DNA of 64,000 bases from Dipteris shenzhenensis. Its lineage: Eukaryota. The stretch lies in assembly GCA_047967505.1 (NCBI GenBank), contig CM106538.1; one strand, written 5' to 3'. The notes under the pieces were generated by a model. It was not told where the DNA came from and did no database searches. It saw only the letters and a list, made by a program, of their open reading frames with translations. Below, one piece after another: positions 51,300 to 64,000 of the stretch. Every line of letters begins with the position of its first letter. The stretch's first letter is position 1. The position numbers and the translations under genes were made by a program.

Positions 51300-51960
51300 A
51301 GCCAAAGTACCTGAGACTCAAACAAGAGTTGCAGAGGGCAGTCATTGGTCATCTAGTGGATTTTCTTCTAATATAGGAGCATAATTTTTCAGTAGTAGAT
51401 ATTAGTAGGAGGCATTATCTCTTTCTAGGGAGACAACTTGAGGTGTGGTCCTTGGTAGTAGGAAGGAGCAGAGGGGTTTGCAAGTCAGTCTCTTAGGTGA
51501 TGGTAGTGGATGTCTTTGATCAAGGGAAGCTGATCATCAAAAGGATAGTTTGGATGGGGGTCCATGCAGGGGACTAGCATCACGAATGTCTACACCCCGA
51601 CTTGTAGACAGTGGAGTGATCCACCTTTTGGAGGTGACTGATAAATAGCCTCCTAGATGCCAATTCTTGGATCGTTAGAGATGACTTCAATAATCTAGAG
51701 CAGCTCGAGCAGAACAAGTAGGGCAGAGCCTCCTTTGTGGAGATGATGACAGTAGAGAGGACCACTTGGGAGCAATTCATTTTCATGATTTGCGGGCAGG
51801 GATTCTTGGAGAGGTGGAGTTTTCCAGGATCCCATTTCTTTTTCTTTTGGTCACGGCATGATGGAATCCTATAGAGGCTTGATAGGTTCTATGGGCTCTA
51901 CAGAAGGGTGGAGCTACTGGTATTCAGGCAGGCACCACGATGCCAAACCACTCCTCAACT
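51300..51960 (+). mobile_element. Decayed LINE endonuclease remnant (further LINE-like debris probably extends to ~48640)
   Basis: NVYTP, SWIVRDDFNNLE and RLDRFY motifs. Confidence 0.6.
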
Positions 51961-53455
51961 ATTTTTAACAACTTGAGCAACCTTGGCATGTGTTGGCCCT
52001 CAGGATTGAGCTAACTTTCTCATAGAAAATATTAATCATCAAGTAGAAAAGTTGTAAGGCAATAGTTAGAAGGCATGCCAAGTGAGGGCACACCTCCTCA
52101 TGTTTGCAAGAGGAGATAAAGAGGCCAAAGTGGAGCATACTCCTGCGACAATGTATCTCTTGCATGGTCTGTTCACCCAACCACCCCAAGCCTCAAAGCC
52201 ATCCATCCAAGAGCAATAATGTAGCTAACATCAATCCAAGAAACCTTGATCATCTGTTCACCCAACCGCTCCAAGCCTCAAAGCCATCCATCCAGGAGCA
52301 ATAATGTAGCCAATGTCAATCCAAGAATATGCCAAGTGTGACCAAGGAGCTAGAAGGATTGGGGTAGAAGAGCAATAAGAATCGAATAAGAAAGGGAAGC
52401 TACCCATTGAAGGAGACGGATGAGGAGCACCAAGCAAGAGCTCACATGATGCTTACCTATAATCGAACATGAGGATCTCTTATGAAGGAGAAGGGTTGCC
52501 AACCGTCCCCCAAATTGACCTCAATGGAGCCACAATTGAAGATCTTAAGTAAGTAGCATATTTTCAAGGATTTTAAACAAGCTATAATGTAATAGCCCAA
52601 GTGCGGGAAAATTTCCAACCTATCGGGGTCATGAAGTTTGGTCTATAGGCCTGAAAGGCCAATACGCAGAGGCTAGAGGCCACATGTGTCACATTGGAGG
52701 AAAAAAAAGAGCGATGGATGAAAGACTAGGAAAAGCACAAGAGGTCGTCTTTCAAGCACAGTGAGGGAGGGAAGATGTGACTTGGCAAATTGTTTTTCTC
52801 AAAGACAAGCTAGCTAAATCCAGGAGAGATCAATGGGCGAAGCACATAGAAGACACAATCGATATGGATAAAATAAGTCAAGAGAGCAACAAACTAAAAG
52901 TACGGCTGTCCTATAAAAAGATGAACAAGGCCTAGATTTGTCACCTCGGGAATTGACAATAGTAAAAAATGCAACAAAAACCTGAACATTGAGAACTTCT
53001 CCGCAACCTTTAACCTCCAGCAACACCTAGAAGACACAAGGGTATATGAGGCATGACTTGACTTGGCCTCAGCTTTGAGCTCGTGTCATACTAAGTTGGG
53101 CAACTTATGTTCAAGCAATAACCTTTTTTATGTTGAACTGGTCTTTGATGCTAAGTTGGGACCTTTGTATAAAGTAGAGAGAGGACAGCCAAAAGGAAGA
53201 TGAAGAAGGGGGAGGGATATGAGGGAAAGGAGAGGAGGAGGAGGAAGAGGAGGAGGTCGAGAGTGATGGAGGAGGAGGAAGATCGAGAGTGATGGAGGAG
53301 GAGGACGATTTGAAAATGAGGAGGGAGTAGGGATTTTATGGGAGGCGACAAAAAATTAGGTTTGGGGTAGCTTTTTAGTTTGGATGATAATAGTATAAGT
53401 AGCATAATCTTCAATCCTTTATTCATTCTTCAAAAGTCATAGTTCTCTCCTCATC

Positions 53456-53582
53456 TCAACCTATTGCGCACATTGGAAATTTTTCCAAAATGTCACAATA
53501 GGCAAATTGCTTTCCAACCTATTGCGTATGCAAGAACATCCAACTATTAAGTTTTTTTATTTTTATTTTTTGATTTTCAATA

Positions 53583-53623
<41 letters not shown>

Positions 53624-54143
53624 GTGTTGCCAATTGTGAGGAGGCAGAGGTTAGGAGGTGGAGGGGGAGACCATGGAGGGAGAGAGGAGGGGGGGAGCTA
53701 GGGTAGGAGGGCTAGAAGAGGGGGAGGAGGGGGTATTACCACCCACCTCTCCTCAACCTATTGCATATGCAATAGGTTGGTGGGAGGGGGGGGGGGCGGG
53801 GGAGAGAGGGGGAGTTGCTACCCCCCCAAGCTATTGCGTATGCAATAGGTTGGGGGGGGGGATTCTATGACCCCCCCCCCCCCAAAGCTATTGTGTACAA
53901 CAATAGGCTTGTGGGGGGGATGGAGGGGGAAGCAGAGATTTCTACCACCCCACCCCCATCCAACCTATTGTGTATGCAATAGGTTGGGGGGGAGGCAATC
54001 CTCCCCCCTCCTCCCAACCTATTGCATACGCAATAGGTTGGGGGGGGAGGCAACCCCCCCCTCCCACCAACCTATTGCGTACGCAATAGGTTAGGGGGAA
54101 AGGGGAAATTGTTGCCTCCCCCCCCAACCCATTGCGGTCAATA
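53456..54143. repeat. Array of 26-bp palindromes CAACCTATTGCRYRYGCAATAGGTTG separated by G/C-run spacers
   Basis: Copies at 53754, 53827, 53884 (degenerate), 53961, 54015 and 54068; half-copies near 53457, 53516 and 54125. Confidence 0.9.
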
Positions 54144-55810
54144 CTCTCTCTCTCTCTCTCTCTACCTCCCAAGAAGTTGTATTTTTACACCAAGAAGGTG
54201 TATGTACACCACCTTTCTATGAGAATTGGTCGTCTATTGATGTTTTAAAAACAAAATTACGAGTGTATTCATATTTTGTGGACTTTTTTTAAGTCCATTT
54301 TTAAAATAGGACTTTACACAAGTCCAATTTTTTGGAATAGTGTGTTTTCATTGCTTTTGTGTATCTCAATGCATGTGAAACCCCTTCTATTCAAAGCCAA
54401 AAAGAGAGTACGAACTCAATTAAAGCTACCTTATGCTCCTTCTATACTGAAGTTAGTGAGCTGCTCGCATTGCCAACTACTTTATGACCATCGGCTCGAT
54501 TCATAGAGTAGGTAGGCATTGTTTCATAGATTTTGTATTTGTACCATTGTTATATATGGTCCAACATTTCTATACGCTAGTCTATTGCAGTCATATGCAC
54601 TACGATTGTTGCACAATACCACTTAGTTCTAGAACTATATAATGTACATACGATCCTCTACCCACAGGTCCCAAGCCGGGCTACTGCACTACAGATGCAC
54701 AAATGTTATGAAGTCTTGTTAGTTATGCAACATACTTATGATCCTATTCTCAAACATTTAGGATGAGAAATTCAGAAGAAACCCTTTTGGCTGCAACCAG
54801 CAGGTGATGAATCATGATTGTTCATCACTGAAATGGATGGATTAAGCTGCAAAGGTTTGCATGCTCATGAGTAACAACCCGATCACAAAGACAACTATGA
54901 TTTAGAGAGCACGCTTTCGATGTGGATAGATTAAGCTGAAGGAATTTGCTTTGCAGGATTTCACCTAGCAAAGCAATTCATGAAAGAGCAACTTGTAGAT
55001 GAACATCCATGTAATCAATGAATCGATCGAGCACACTGGGCACTAGATCGACAATCCTTCGTAATGTGGCAGACCTTGTCGATAGATCAAACGACAAGAA
55101 CATTCATCAGTGAATTGATTGAGCAAATTGAGCACTAGATCGACAATCCTTCGCAACTTGGCAGACATTGTCGATAGATCAAACGATAAGAACTATGCAA
55201 TGATCAAGCTCTAAGCTTCACAAGATCAATGAGCTGTAAAAAGGCTTACCTGTGTGGCTTGGGATGGAAAATTGTTGCTGGATGGGGGGCCCGAAATCGA
55301 AGCTTTGAGGTCGAGAGAGCTCCTCGGGTGTAGCAACCAGCTCATGCCAAAGGCAAGACGCCAAGCGGTGGAGTTGATGGCGGGAATGCCTTGTACTATG
55401 CGAGGAGTGAAGTTCTTCCATTGGCAGGAGCTCACCCTGCCCACCGATGGCTAGACTCATCCCCCTGCCCATGAAAATGGAAACGAAGGGCAGGAGCTGG
55501 CAGTCCAGTTAGCATTTGCTACATGTAGAGGCTTCGCTGTGTAACGATGCTGCACCCATCCACAGTGCAATTGAAGGCAGGGATTGGCTGGGAGGTTTGA
55601 CGATGGGCAGGCACGAGTTGGAGTGTAACTTTTTGACCTGCCGTTAGGTAGCCTTAGTGAAGGTTCAACTTTCATAAGTCAAAAATAATTTCTAGCGTTT
55701 TTGAGATGTGTTTTTTTTTCAAATTCTTTGATTGGTTGGTGTGTTCAGCTCTTTCAAATTTGGGTGTCCATGTTTTTAGAAGAACAGATTTGTTGTTGGG
55801 GAGAGGCATC

Positions 55811-56854
55811 ATGGGTGGTGGTGCTGGTGTTCTGCTGCCGGGATTGCCTGATGATGTTGCCATTCATTGCCTGCTTCGCCTCCCTCGCCGCTGCCATGCT
55901 TCCCTGCACTGCGTCTGCCGAGCTTGGCGCCACCTCCTCTCTTCTCCCTCATTCTTCGATTTGCGCCTGCATCACGGCCTCGCCCATGAATGGCTCTACG
56001 TCATGGTCCGATCCAGTAACGGTCAGTACGAATGGTTCGCTTTCGAGGACCAAGTTCGCCTCTGGCTTCCTCTGCCCTGCCTCCCTCGCCGTACCATCGG
56101 TGCTGCCTGCGCCGTTGCTGCCGGCCGGCTTTTCATGATCGGCGGATCGGTAGGAGAGAACCCCTCCCGAGACGTCTGGGCTTACGATCCTCGTGTTAAC
56201 AGATGGCAAATGGCTGCACCGATGAAAGCTGCCCGGGAATTTGCTGCTGCTGGAGTGATCGGAGGGCAGATCTATGTACTGGGAGGCTGCCTGCCTGGTT
56301 CTTTTGGTGGAGCTGCAGCGTGGGCCGAGGTATACGACCCTCTCACAAACAAATGGAGCAGTATTCCTAGTCCACCTGAGAGGAGATGCAAATGGATGCA
56401 TGGAAATGCTGTTTTCAAAGGTAAACTCTTCGCTGTTGCAGACATGGGAGGCATCGTCTTCGACCCCATTTATTCCACTTGGGACTCTATTTCCGTCAAT
56501 CTAGATTCGGGTTGGAAAGGGAGAGCTGCTGTTGTAAATAACATTCTATTTTCTTGTAATTACCTCGGGAAAATCTTGGGATACGACCTAGAAGAGGACC
56601 AGTGGCTGGAAGTTGGAGGCTGGGAGAAAGAAGTTCCCAAAATGGTTTCTTGTGCAATGCTAACGAATGTTGGAGGGAAACTCTACGTTCTTTGGGAGAT
56701 ACCTCGCCACGGGTGGGATACTGAGCTTGCATTAGCTGCCCTAGACGTAATCAAAGAACAAGGGCGGCTAAGGGGAAAGGTTCTCTGGTTTCATGTCATC
56801 TCCTGCAGCATGCTTGTGGGTGCGATCATCCAATCATCATCACTTGCTTTATAA
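55811..56854 (+). CDS. F-box/kelch-repeat protein, SKIP6-like, intronless, 347 aa
   Basis: F-box LLPGLPDDVAIHCLLRLP…VCRAWRHLL; kelch repeats (LFMIGG…YDPRVNRW, IYVLGG…WAEVYDP…W); KWMHG, LDSGWKGRAAVV; open frame with no stops. Confidence 0.93.
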   Translation: MGGGAGVLLPGLPDDVAIHCLLRLPRRCHASLHCVCRAWRHLLSSPSFFDLRLHHGLAHEWLYVMVRSSNGQYEWFAFEDQVRLWLPLPCLPRRTIGAACAVAAGRLFMIGGSVGENPSRDVWAYDPRVNRWQMAAPMKAAREFAAAGVIGGQIYVLGGCLPGSFGGAAAWAEVYDPLTNKWSSIPSPPERRCKWMHGNAVFKGKLFAVADMGGIVFDPIYSTWDSISVNLDSGWKGRAAVVNNILFSCNYLGKILGYDLEEDQWLEVGGWEKEVPKMVSCAMLTNVGGKLYVLWEIPRHGWDTELALAALDVIKEQGRLRGKVLWFHVISCSMLVGAIIQSSSLAL

Positions 56855-57049
56855 GTGCTGTGTAAGTTTACTCCTGTAAAAGTCTGCTATTTGTTATTCT
56901 CTTACTTTTGGACTAAATTTTGAAGTGGCGTAGGGGTAGACCTTTGTGGTTTTTGGCATTCTGTATATAGGCCTATGTATTTGTCTTTGCTCAGATTTTC
57001 CTCCAACCGGGGGTTTTGTACATAAAAAAATTAGCTCTTATTCATGAGC

Positions 57050-57208
57050 TCATTTGCATTGTGTATGTCCTGGAGAGTGTGGTTGTCTACTTCCACATGC
57101 AAACTCCATGATATTTTGAAAGATTCTTATTCATTTGCATTGTGTATGTCCTGGAGAGTGTGGTTGTCTGCTTCCACATGCAAACTCCATGATATTTTGA
57201 AAGATTCA
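57050..57208. repeat. Two-copy ~80-bp tandem duplication downstream of the F-box gene
   Basis: tcatttgcattgtgtatgtcctggagag…ttttgaaagattc repeated. Confidence 0.9.
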
Positions 57209-59405
57209 TATCCGTCTTAAACGTTATGCATCTTGGCAACGTGCTTTAAGATAGCTGCTTTGGAGAGTAGTTCAGAATTGAGGCTAAGAACTTATAAGGA
57301 TGCATGTGAGGCATTGCCAGAAGTTGGAGTGATGCCATGATTGGCCTAATATGAGACATTCTGATTTCCAAGGAAACCAACGAGCCATTAGTGAAAGAAC
57401 TTATGCCCACACAATGAACTCACAGCAGTGATTTCATGCATACAGTGACAGCCTTACGTCTTAGTCCATACTGACAGCAAACTATTTCAGTGTTATCGAA
57501 TTCCCTGCAAGGGCATTGATTGGACTGATCAGTTGCTTTTGTCCCCATACTGGCAGCTGATGACAGATATGATGAGGATGTTCTGTTATTGTTCATGGAG
57601 ATCAGGAATAGGTCGACAGGAGTAGATAAACAAAATGATTAAGAAATCTTTATCGTTTTAAAATTTTGAGGATCCCATACCATGGGTGTTATTGTGATAG
57701 TGAAACTTTTGAAATATAGTTGGGAAAAGGTTACCATACAGTATACAATCGCATGCCGGTAACAAGAGTGGTTCTTGTGTGTGTGAGAGAAAGAGAGAGA
57801 GAGCGAGACATGAGCTAAGAAATGTATCCTACATATGATAAGCTCACCCTACCTAGTTTCCCATTGTTTGTCTTATGTTCCCGCTGCCCTGTAAAATTTG
57901 AAAGCCTCTAGACAGTCAGATTAGCATGCTTCGTTCTGCTTTGCTCTCAGGAAACACTCATTCTCGTCTGGTTGAACTTCCTGCCAGCTGCTTAAAGGAA
58001 ATAAGAGAATCTCACTTGGGTTAATGAGTGGGCTTCTCAGCCTCTTCAGATTGTAGCAATTGTTGTTTTCACTTCCGTCCTTCCTAAGGGTTCCTGTCTC
58101 ATATTTAAACTTTCAGTGGTTGGATTCTGTTTGGATTCAAGAAACAGCCTTCTCTGTTTGTTACACTGCTCATTTGTCCACAGGGTGCTACTGTGGTCTA
58201 CATCTGTTTGAGAGAGGATCTTGCTCCATATGCTGTCCATAGCCCAACCAGTCTGCAGTGCTTGTCTCTTCTGCTCATTCAAGTTGAACTGGTATTCCTC
58301 CTCTTAGTCCTCTGCAGTCATCCACTAAGCCAGTTTTAAGCTGTCCATACCGGGAAGTGACCAACGAGCCACTGGAAGGATTGGTGCAGAGGAGCAGTAA
58401 GAAGGGAAGCTACCCATTCAAGAAGACAGATGAGGAGCTGCAACTTTTCTACTTGATGATTAATATTTTCTATGAGAAGGTTAGCTCTATTGAAGTTTTG
58501 GCTGGAGTATTTGGACTTTGGGATGCGGCTTGCTTCGCCCTTCATTTGCTTCACTGTCAGCTTCGACTTCACTTCGTTATTGGATTTGTTTAGTTTGGGG
58601 GTTCAACATTGCCCCCAATCACTGCCAACTCTGCATCCTCATGGCTTATATATTTTTTTGTTGAATCATGATGCAGCAAATCCATGATCTATGTGGCTTC
58701 CACTTTTGTGACTTGATACATCTTGTCCTGTATAGTTTATAGTAGGTGGTCCACTCTCTTTCGATTTGTAGCATTGCCATATTTGCAATGATGTCTAGTA
58801 CCATTTTTCGATGCTGCATTGCCAGAACTCATATCTTCTTCACTTTCGCTATTTGGAGCTTGATGTCTCTATGCCATAATTTCTCTCCATCATTGCTCTG
58901 TGTTCATCAATATATTTGAACCAAGCAAGAGCTCACATGATGCTTACTATAATCAGACATGAGGATCTCTTACGAAGGAGAAGGGTTGCCAGCTGTCCGC
59001 CAAATTGACCTCAATGGAGCCACAGTTGAAGATCTTACGCAGTATAGTATGATATTTTCAAGGTTTTTAAACAGGCTATAATGTAATAGCCCAGGTATGA
59101 AGGCTTTAACAGGTTGACCATATTCCAGATTGGCATATTCTTGGATTGACGTTGGCCACATTATTGCTCCTGGATGGATGGCTTTGAGGCTAGGGGAGGT
59201 TGGGTGAACAGACCATCAAGGTTTCTTGGATTGATGTTAGCTACATTATTGCTCTTGGATGGATGGCTTTGAGGCTTGGGGTGGTTGGGTGAACAGACCA
59301 TGCAAGAGATACATTGTGGCAGGTGTATGCTCCACTTTGGCCTCTTTATCTCCTCTTGCGAACATGAGGGTACATTTGTAGCTTGTGGGTATCCCATTTT
59401 GCATC

Positions 59406-62400
59406 ATGTCGACTCTTTCAGACAGTTTTGGCAATTTGTCCAAGGGTGATAAGTTGGATGGACCAAACTATGCCTTGTGGTCATTCATGCTTAAGAACAT
59501 CTTGGTTGTTAAGGGCTTGTGGGATATTGTTAGTGGGGATGAGGTGAGGCCAGCGGCCTCATCTACATCCAGCACAGCTTCTTTGAGTCAGACTACAGAT
59601 AGACAACAGACTGCTATAGCCCCTCCTACTAGTACCATAGCATCGATGGAGGAGCATAAGAAATTTGACCGCCGTAGTGCCCACGCGATGTTTTTGATTG
59701 CCATAAATGTGAAGAGGCACATTATGATGACTATTAAGTCGTGCAAGGATGCAAAGGCAGCATGGGAAAGATTGGCAAACATGTATCATGTTAAGAATGA
59801 GGCAAGGGCCATTACCTTGAAAAATCAGCTCAAGGATCTTGAGATGCAAAAAGGCTAGGCCATCACTGATCATATTGCCAGGATCACTAATCTACATGAT
59901 CAGCTCACAAGTATTGATGAGGAAAGAGAAGACAAGAAGCTCATCTCTATTACTCTCAATAGCTTAGCATCCTCATATGGCACATTCGTCACTTCATTGA
60001 CCATTGTTCTCAGGGTAGCCCCACTCTCGTTTGATGAGTTAGTTGGGCTTTTGTTGTAGGAAGAGGAGAGGTGCTCAAATTTTGCCAAAGCCTCTTGTTA
60101 GGGTGAGCAAGTGCTTGCCATGGGTGGGAAGGGCAAATTATAGAAAAAGTTTGAGCTAAAACACAGCCATACAACTCAGCCCAAGGAGGGGAATGCAAGC
60201 AGTTCAAGCAAAAATTAGAAAAAGGGCAAATGCAATTATTGCTAGAAGCCAGGGCATTACATCGCAGAGTGTCAGAAAAGGATTGCCAATGAAAAGTAGA
60301 GGCAAAGGGACAGCTCTAGCAGTAATTTTGTTGCCCCCATTGAAACTCGCGCTTCAAATGCACATGGTGAAGCTCATCTTGCCCAAGGTGATAGAGATTT
60401 TGTGTTTGCTGCATTTAATGAGAAGATGGATGCCAGGGGGGATTTAAATGCAAAAATTCAATCAGGGGATGCTTCCCTTGTTGCAAGTGATACATGGTAT
60501 ATCGACAGTGGTGCTACTAAGCACATGACTCCTCGCTAGGAGTGGTTTGAGAGCATCACACCTATTCATGGCAGACAGGTTACATGTGCCAATGATGCTT
60601 CTCAAGACATCATCGTAGTTGGGCACATTCCCATTCAGCTTGATAATTGGAAAGTTAAAGTATATTCGAGATGTTTGGTATGTTCTAGATTTGAGGTAAA
60701 ATATGATTTCAGTTTCAAACATTACCCATGATCAACATATGTTGTCGAATTTCAGGATAACCAATGCAGGATCAAGGATCCAAAGAAAGGGTATGAGGTT
60801 GTAGCAATAGGCACATATGACAGAGGCTTATACAATCTTGATGCTCAGCCTTATGATCAGAAGGTATTGGCTGTAGCAAACACTTCCAAGGCTGATTTAT
60901 GGCATGCCATGTTTGGACATGTCCATCACAGGGCATTGTCCTACTTGTACAACAATAATATGACTCAGGGAATGCCAAAATTACAACAACTAGAAAATGA
61001 AGTGTGTGAGGGGTGTGCACTTGGAAAATTGCATCGCTTGACATTCAATAAACAAGGCAAGAATTGGGTCAAGGCAACCAAAGTTATGTAGATAGTGCAC
61101 AATGCTATATGTGGCCCCATGACTATTCCCACGCATAGAGGAGCAAGGTACTTTGTGACCTTTATAGACGACTTCTCCAAGTTCACATGGCTTTTTCTCA
61201 TGAAGGAAAAATTTGAGGTGTTCTATTGGTTTCAGGAGTTCAAAGCTATGGCTGAGAGAACCAAACCAATTCTAGAATTGGAACACTCAACTCAGATAGA
61301 GGGGGAGAGTACATGTCACATGCATTCCAGGGATTTTTGAAGCAGCATGGGATTAAACATCACTTGACATGCCCTTACACACCACAACAGAATCCACTCC
61401 CTGAGAGGAAGAATCGTACTCTCATGGAAATGATGAGATGCATGCTGAAATTCAAGAGAGTCTCAAAGGCTTTTTGGGGAGAAGCAGTTGTGATAGCCAC
61501 TTATATTCAGGAACAGATGCCCTACCAAAGCTTTGGTTAATGTGACTCATTTGAGGCTTTGTATGGCTTTTAAGCCAAAGGTTAGTCATTTCAAAAATTT
61601 TGGCTCAGTGGCATATGCTTTGGTTCCAGATGCACATCGGACAAATCTTGATGACAAGAGTGTCAAATGCATTTTCGTGGGGTATAGCACTGAAAGCAAG
61701 GGATTTAGGCTTGATAATCCCGCTACCAGGAAGGTAATAATCAGCAAAAATGTTCTCTTTGCTGAGAATGAGTGCATGCAGCCTGCTAGTGCAGACTTGC
61801 CACTATATGATGACACCTCTTTGGACATCATCCAATTTGAGGATGATGAGACGGAGTCTCCTAATGCTTTCCCTTCTACTTCTCATAGTTTAGATGACTT
61901 GCTAGATGTTGAGGATGGCTCTCCCTCAAATGTTTTAGATTTGCAGCCAATTAATGAGAATAGACAGCCTCATGTTTGGAGGCATTACCAACGTCATGAG
62001 GCCACTAAAGATGTTGATGCAGCTTCGAGTGGTACATCAGAGAAATCTATTCCACGTTGGGCAAGGTTGACCATTCAAGATGCTAAGGATCAGCCTACTT
62101 TGGGGAAAACCAGGGCCAGCACTCAGAATAATAAAAAAAAGGTCAATCTTGCTTTGATGCCCTCAGTGATGGAAGTTGAAAATGAGCCTCAGAGCTTCAA
62201 GGATGCTCAGCATAATCCGGCATGGCAGAAAGCTATGGAAGTTGAGATTAAATCCATTGAGAAGAATGCCACATGGGACTTGGTTGATGCGCCCATTGGG
62301 AAAAATGTGGTTGGCACGAAATGAATTTATAAGGTGAAATACCATCCAGATGGCACAGTTGAGAAATACAAAGCCCATTTGGTTGCCAAGGGATATGCAC

Positions 62401-64000
62401 AGGACGAGGGGATAGATTATGAGGAGACTTTTGCTCCAGTGGCCAAGATGACCACCATTCGTTTTGTCATCTCTCTTGTTGCATTTTATGGTTGGTCAAT
62501 GTACCAGATGGATGTCAAGACTGCTTTCCTCAATGGAGATCTTAAAGAGGAGGTCTATGTACATAAACCCCAAGGTTTTGAGGTGAAGGGACAAGAGCAC
62601 AAGGTATGCAAGCTCAAGAAGGCTCTATATGGGCTGAAGCAAGCACCTCATGCATGGTATCAAAAGATACATTGGTTTTTGTTGTCCCAAGGCTTCGTCA
62701 ACACTCATATAGAGCCAAATCTGTATGTTTTGCAGAAAAAATCAGAATTGGTCATGTTGGTACTATATGTGGATGACATCATACTCACTGGTAGTGATTT
62801 GCAACAAATTACAGCAGTGCAGTCTGCTTTATGTCACAACTTTGACATGATAGATTTGGGCCTATTGCACTATTGTCTTGGCATTGAGTTTTGGTAGACC
62901 CATGATGGGATTTCTATGTCACAGACAAAGTATTCGAAGGGGTTGTTGCAGAAATTTAAAATGGAAAACTGTAAGCCTGTGGCTACTCCATTGGAAAAGG
63001 GACTCAAACTGAGTACGCATGATACTGCTAAAAAGTTTGATGGCACTTTGTACAGGCAGTTGGTTGACAGTTTGATATATCTATGCTCCATGTGGCTTGA
63101 TATTGCCTATGCCACAGGGCTTTTAAGCCAGTTCATGCATTGTCCCACAATCACACATTGGAATGCAACAAAGAGGGTTCTCAGATGTGTCCATGGCACT
63201 CTCTCTTGGTTTGCATTATGCTTCAGATTGTGATCTAAATCTAAGTGGTTTCACCGACTCAAATTGGTCAGGGGACATTGACGACAGACGGTCCACTACT
63301 GGCTATTGCTTCTCATTGGGTTCAGCTTGTATCTCATGGCTCAATAAGAAGCAAGAGCGAGTCTCTCTTTCCTCCAGTGAAGCAGAGTACAAAGCTACAA
63401 ATTCAGCCACTACGGAGTTAATGTGGTTAAGGAAGCTTTTGCATGACTTGCATCATGCACAGGATGGGGAAGCAAACTCTATCTTTTGTGACAGCTAGAG
63501 TTGCATTGCCATAGCCAACAATCCTGTCTGTCATGCTCGCGTGAAACAGATTGAAAATCATTATCATTATGTACAGGATTGTATTTCTGATGGCTTCATT
63601 GATCTCATCTATTGTCCATCTGAGGACAATGTGGTGGATATCTTCACCAAAGCCTTGTTATCAACAGATCTTTTCTTACGACATCGACATGGCTTGGGGA
63701 TCAGGGACATTCTCACAATGTCAAGGGGGGTTGTGAAGTGATTCACAATGACATTGTTTTCGTGTACTCCCATAGGTTGCATATCCATCTGGATGAATTT
63801 GTGCAACCATGGTACTTTAGGTACTACAGGGTACACCTGAGATGTTTCCAGGGTACTTTCAGCCATATCTTTGAGGGGGAATTTGTAAGTGATTACAAAG
63901 ATATGGTGTTGTAGTAGGCATAAAGTCAACCCTATGGTTGACCAGTAGTACTTGGGTACTATATATACCAAGTACTTGTATTGTTTCATTTGAACATTTC
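59406..64000 (+). mobile_element. Ty1/copia retrotransposon: disrupted gag-PR-INT-RT-RH (59406-63741), PPT and 3' LTR from 63732 running off-window; 5' LTR not found
   Basis: KLDGPNYALW, WYIDSGATKHMT, LWHAMFGH…[60 protein letters not shown] then TGTGAAG. Confidence 0.95.

Noticed and set aside
53754-54093. CRISPR-like appearance of palindromic repeats with spacers
   Set aside because: Plant nuclear context, no cas genes, and the spacers are low-complexity G/C runs of variable length rather than unique sequences
55706-55810. Upstream in-frame ATG extending the F-box ORF to 382 aa
   Set aside because: T-rich UTR-like sequence; ATG 55811 directly precedes the F-box as expected for this family, though the longer start is not excluded

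Overview
Eukaryotic, transposon-rich nuclear DNA from a land plant. A non-seed plant such as a fern or lycophyte is inferred from gene content and very long TE-filled introns. Two host genes appear intact. (1) A minus-strand spliced gene, not evident as one gene in the ORF track, with 11 phase-consistent exons from 36168 down to 4419 (~500 codons; last exon off-window). It encodes a putatively plastid-targeted, cyanobacterial-type LpxB-like (SNGPGE-family) glycosyltransferase, and two of its introns (14.9 and 12.8 kb) are packed with nested retrotransposons. (2) An intronless SKIP6-like F-box/kelch gene (55811-56854, +). The window also holds an intron-retaining nitrate reductase pseudogene (37738-39047), two long L1-type LINEs plus a degraded third, and a chromodomain Ty3/gypsy element. 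Further elements are several Ty1/copia elements and remnants, a gag-only LTR element, a hAT-like MITE, a PIF/Harbinger transposase pseudogene, a 26-bp palindrome array and scrambled duplicated segments flanking the F-box gene. All family assignments are from motif recognition by eye; no searches were run.
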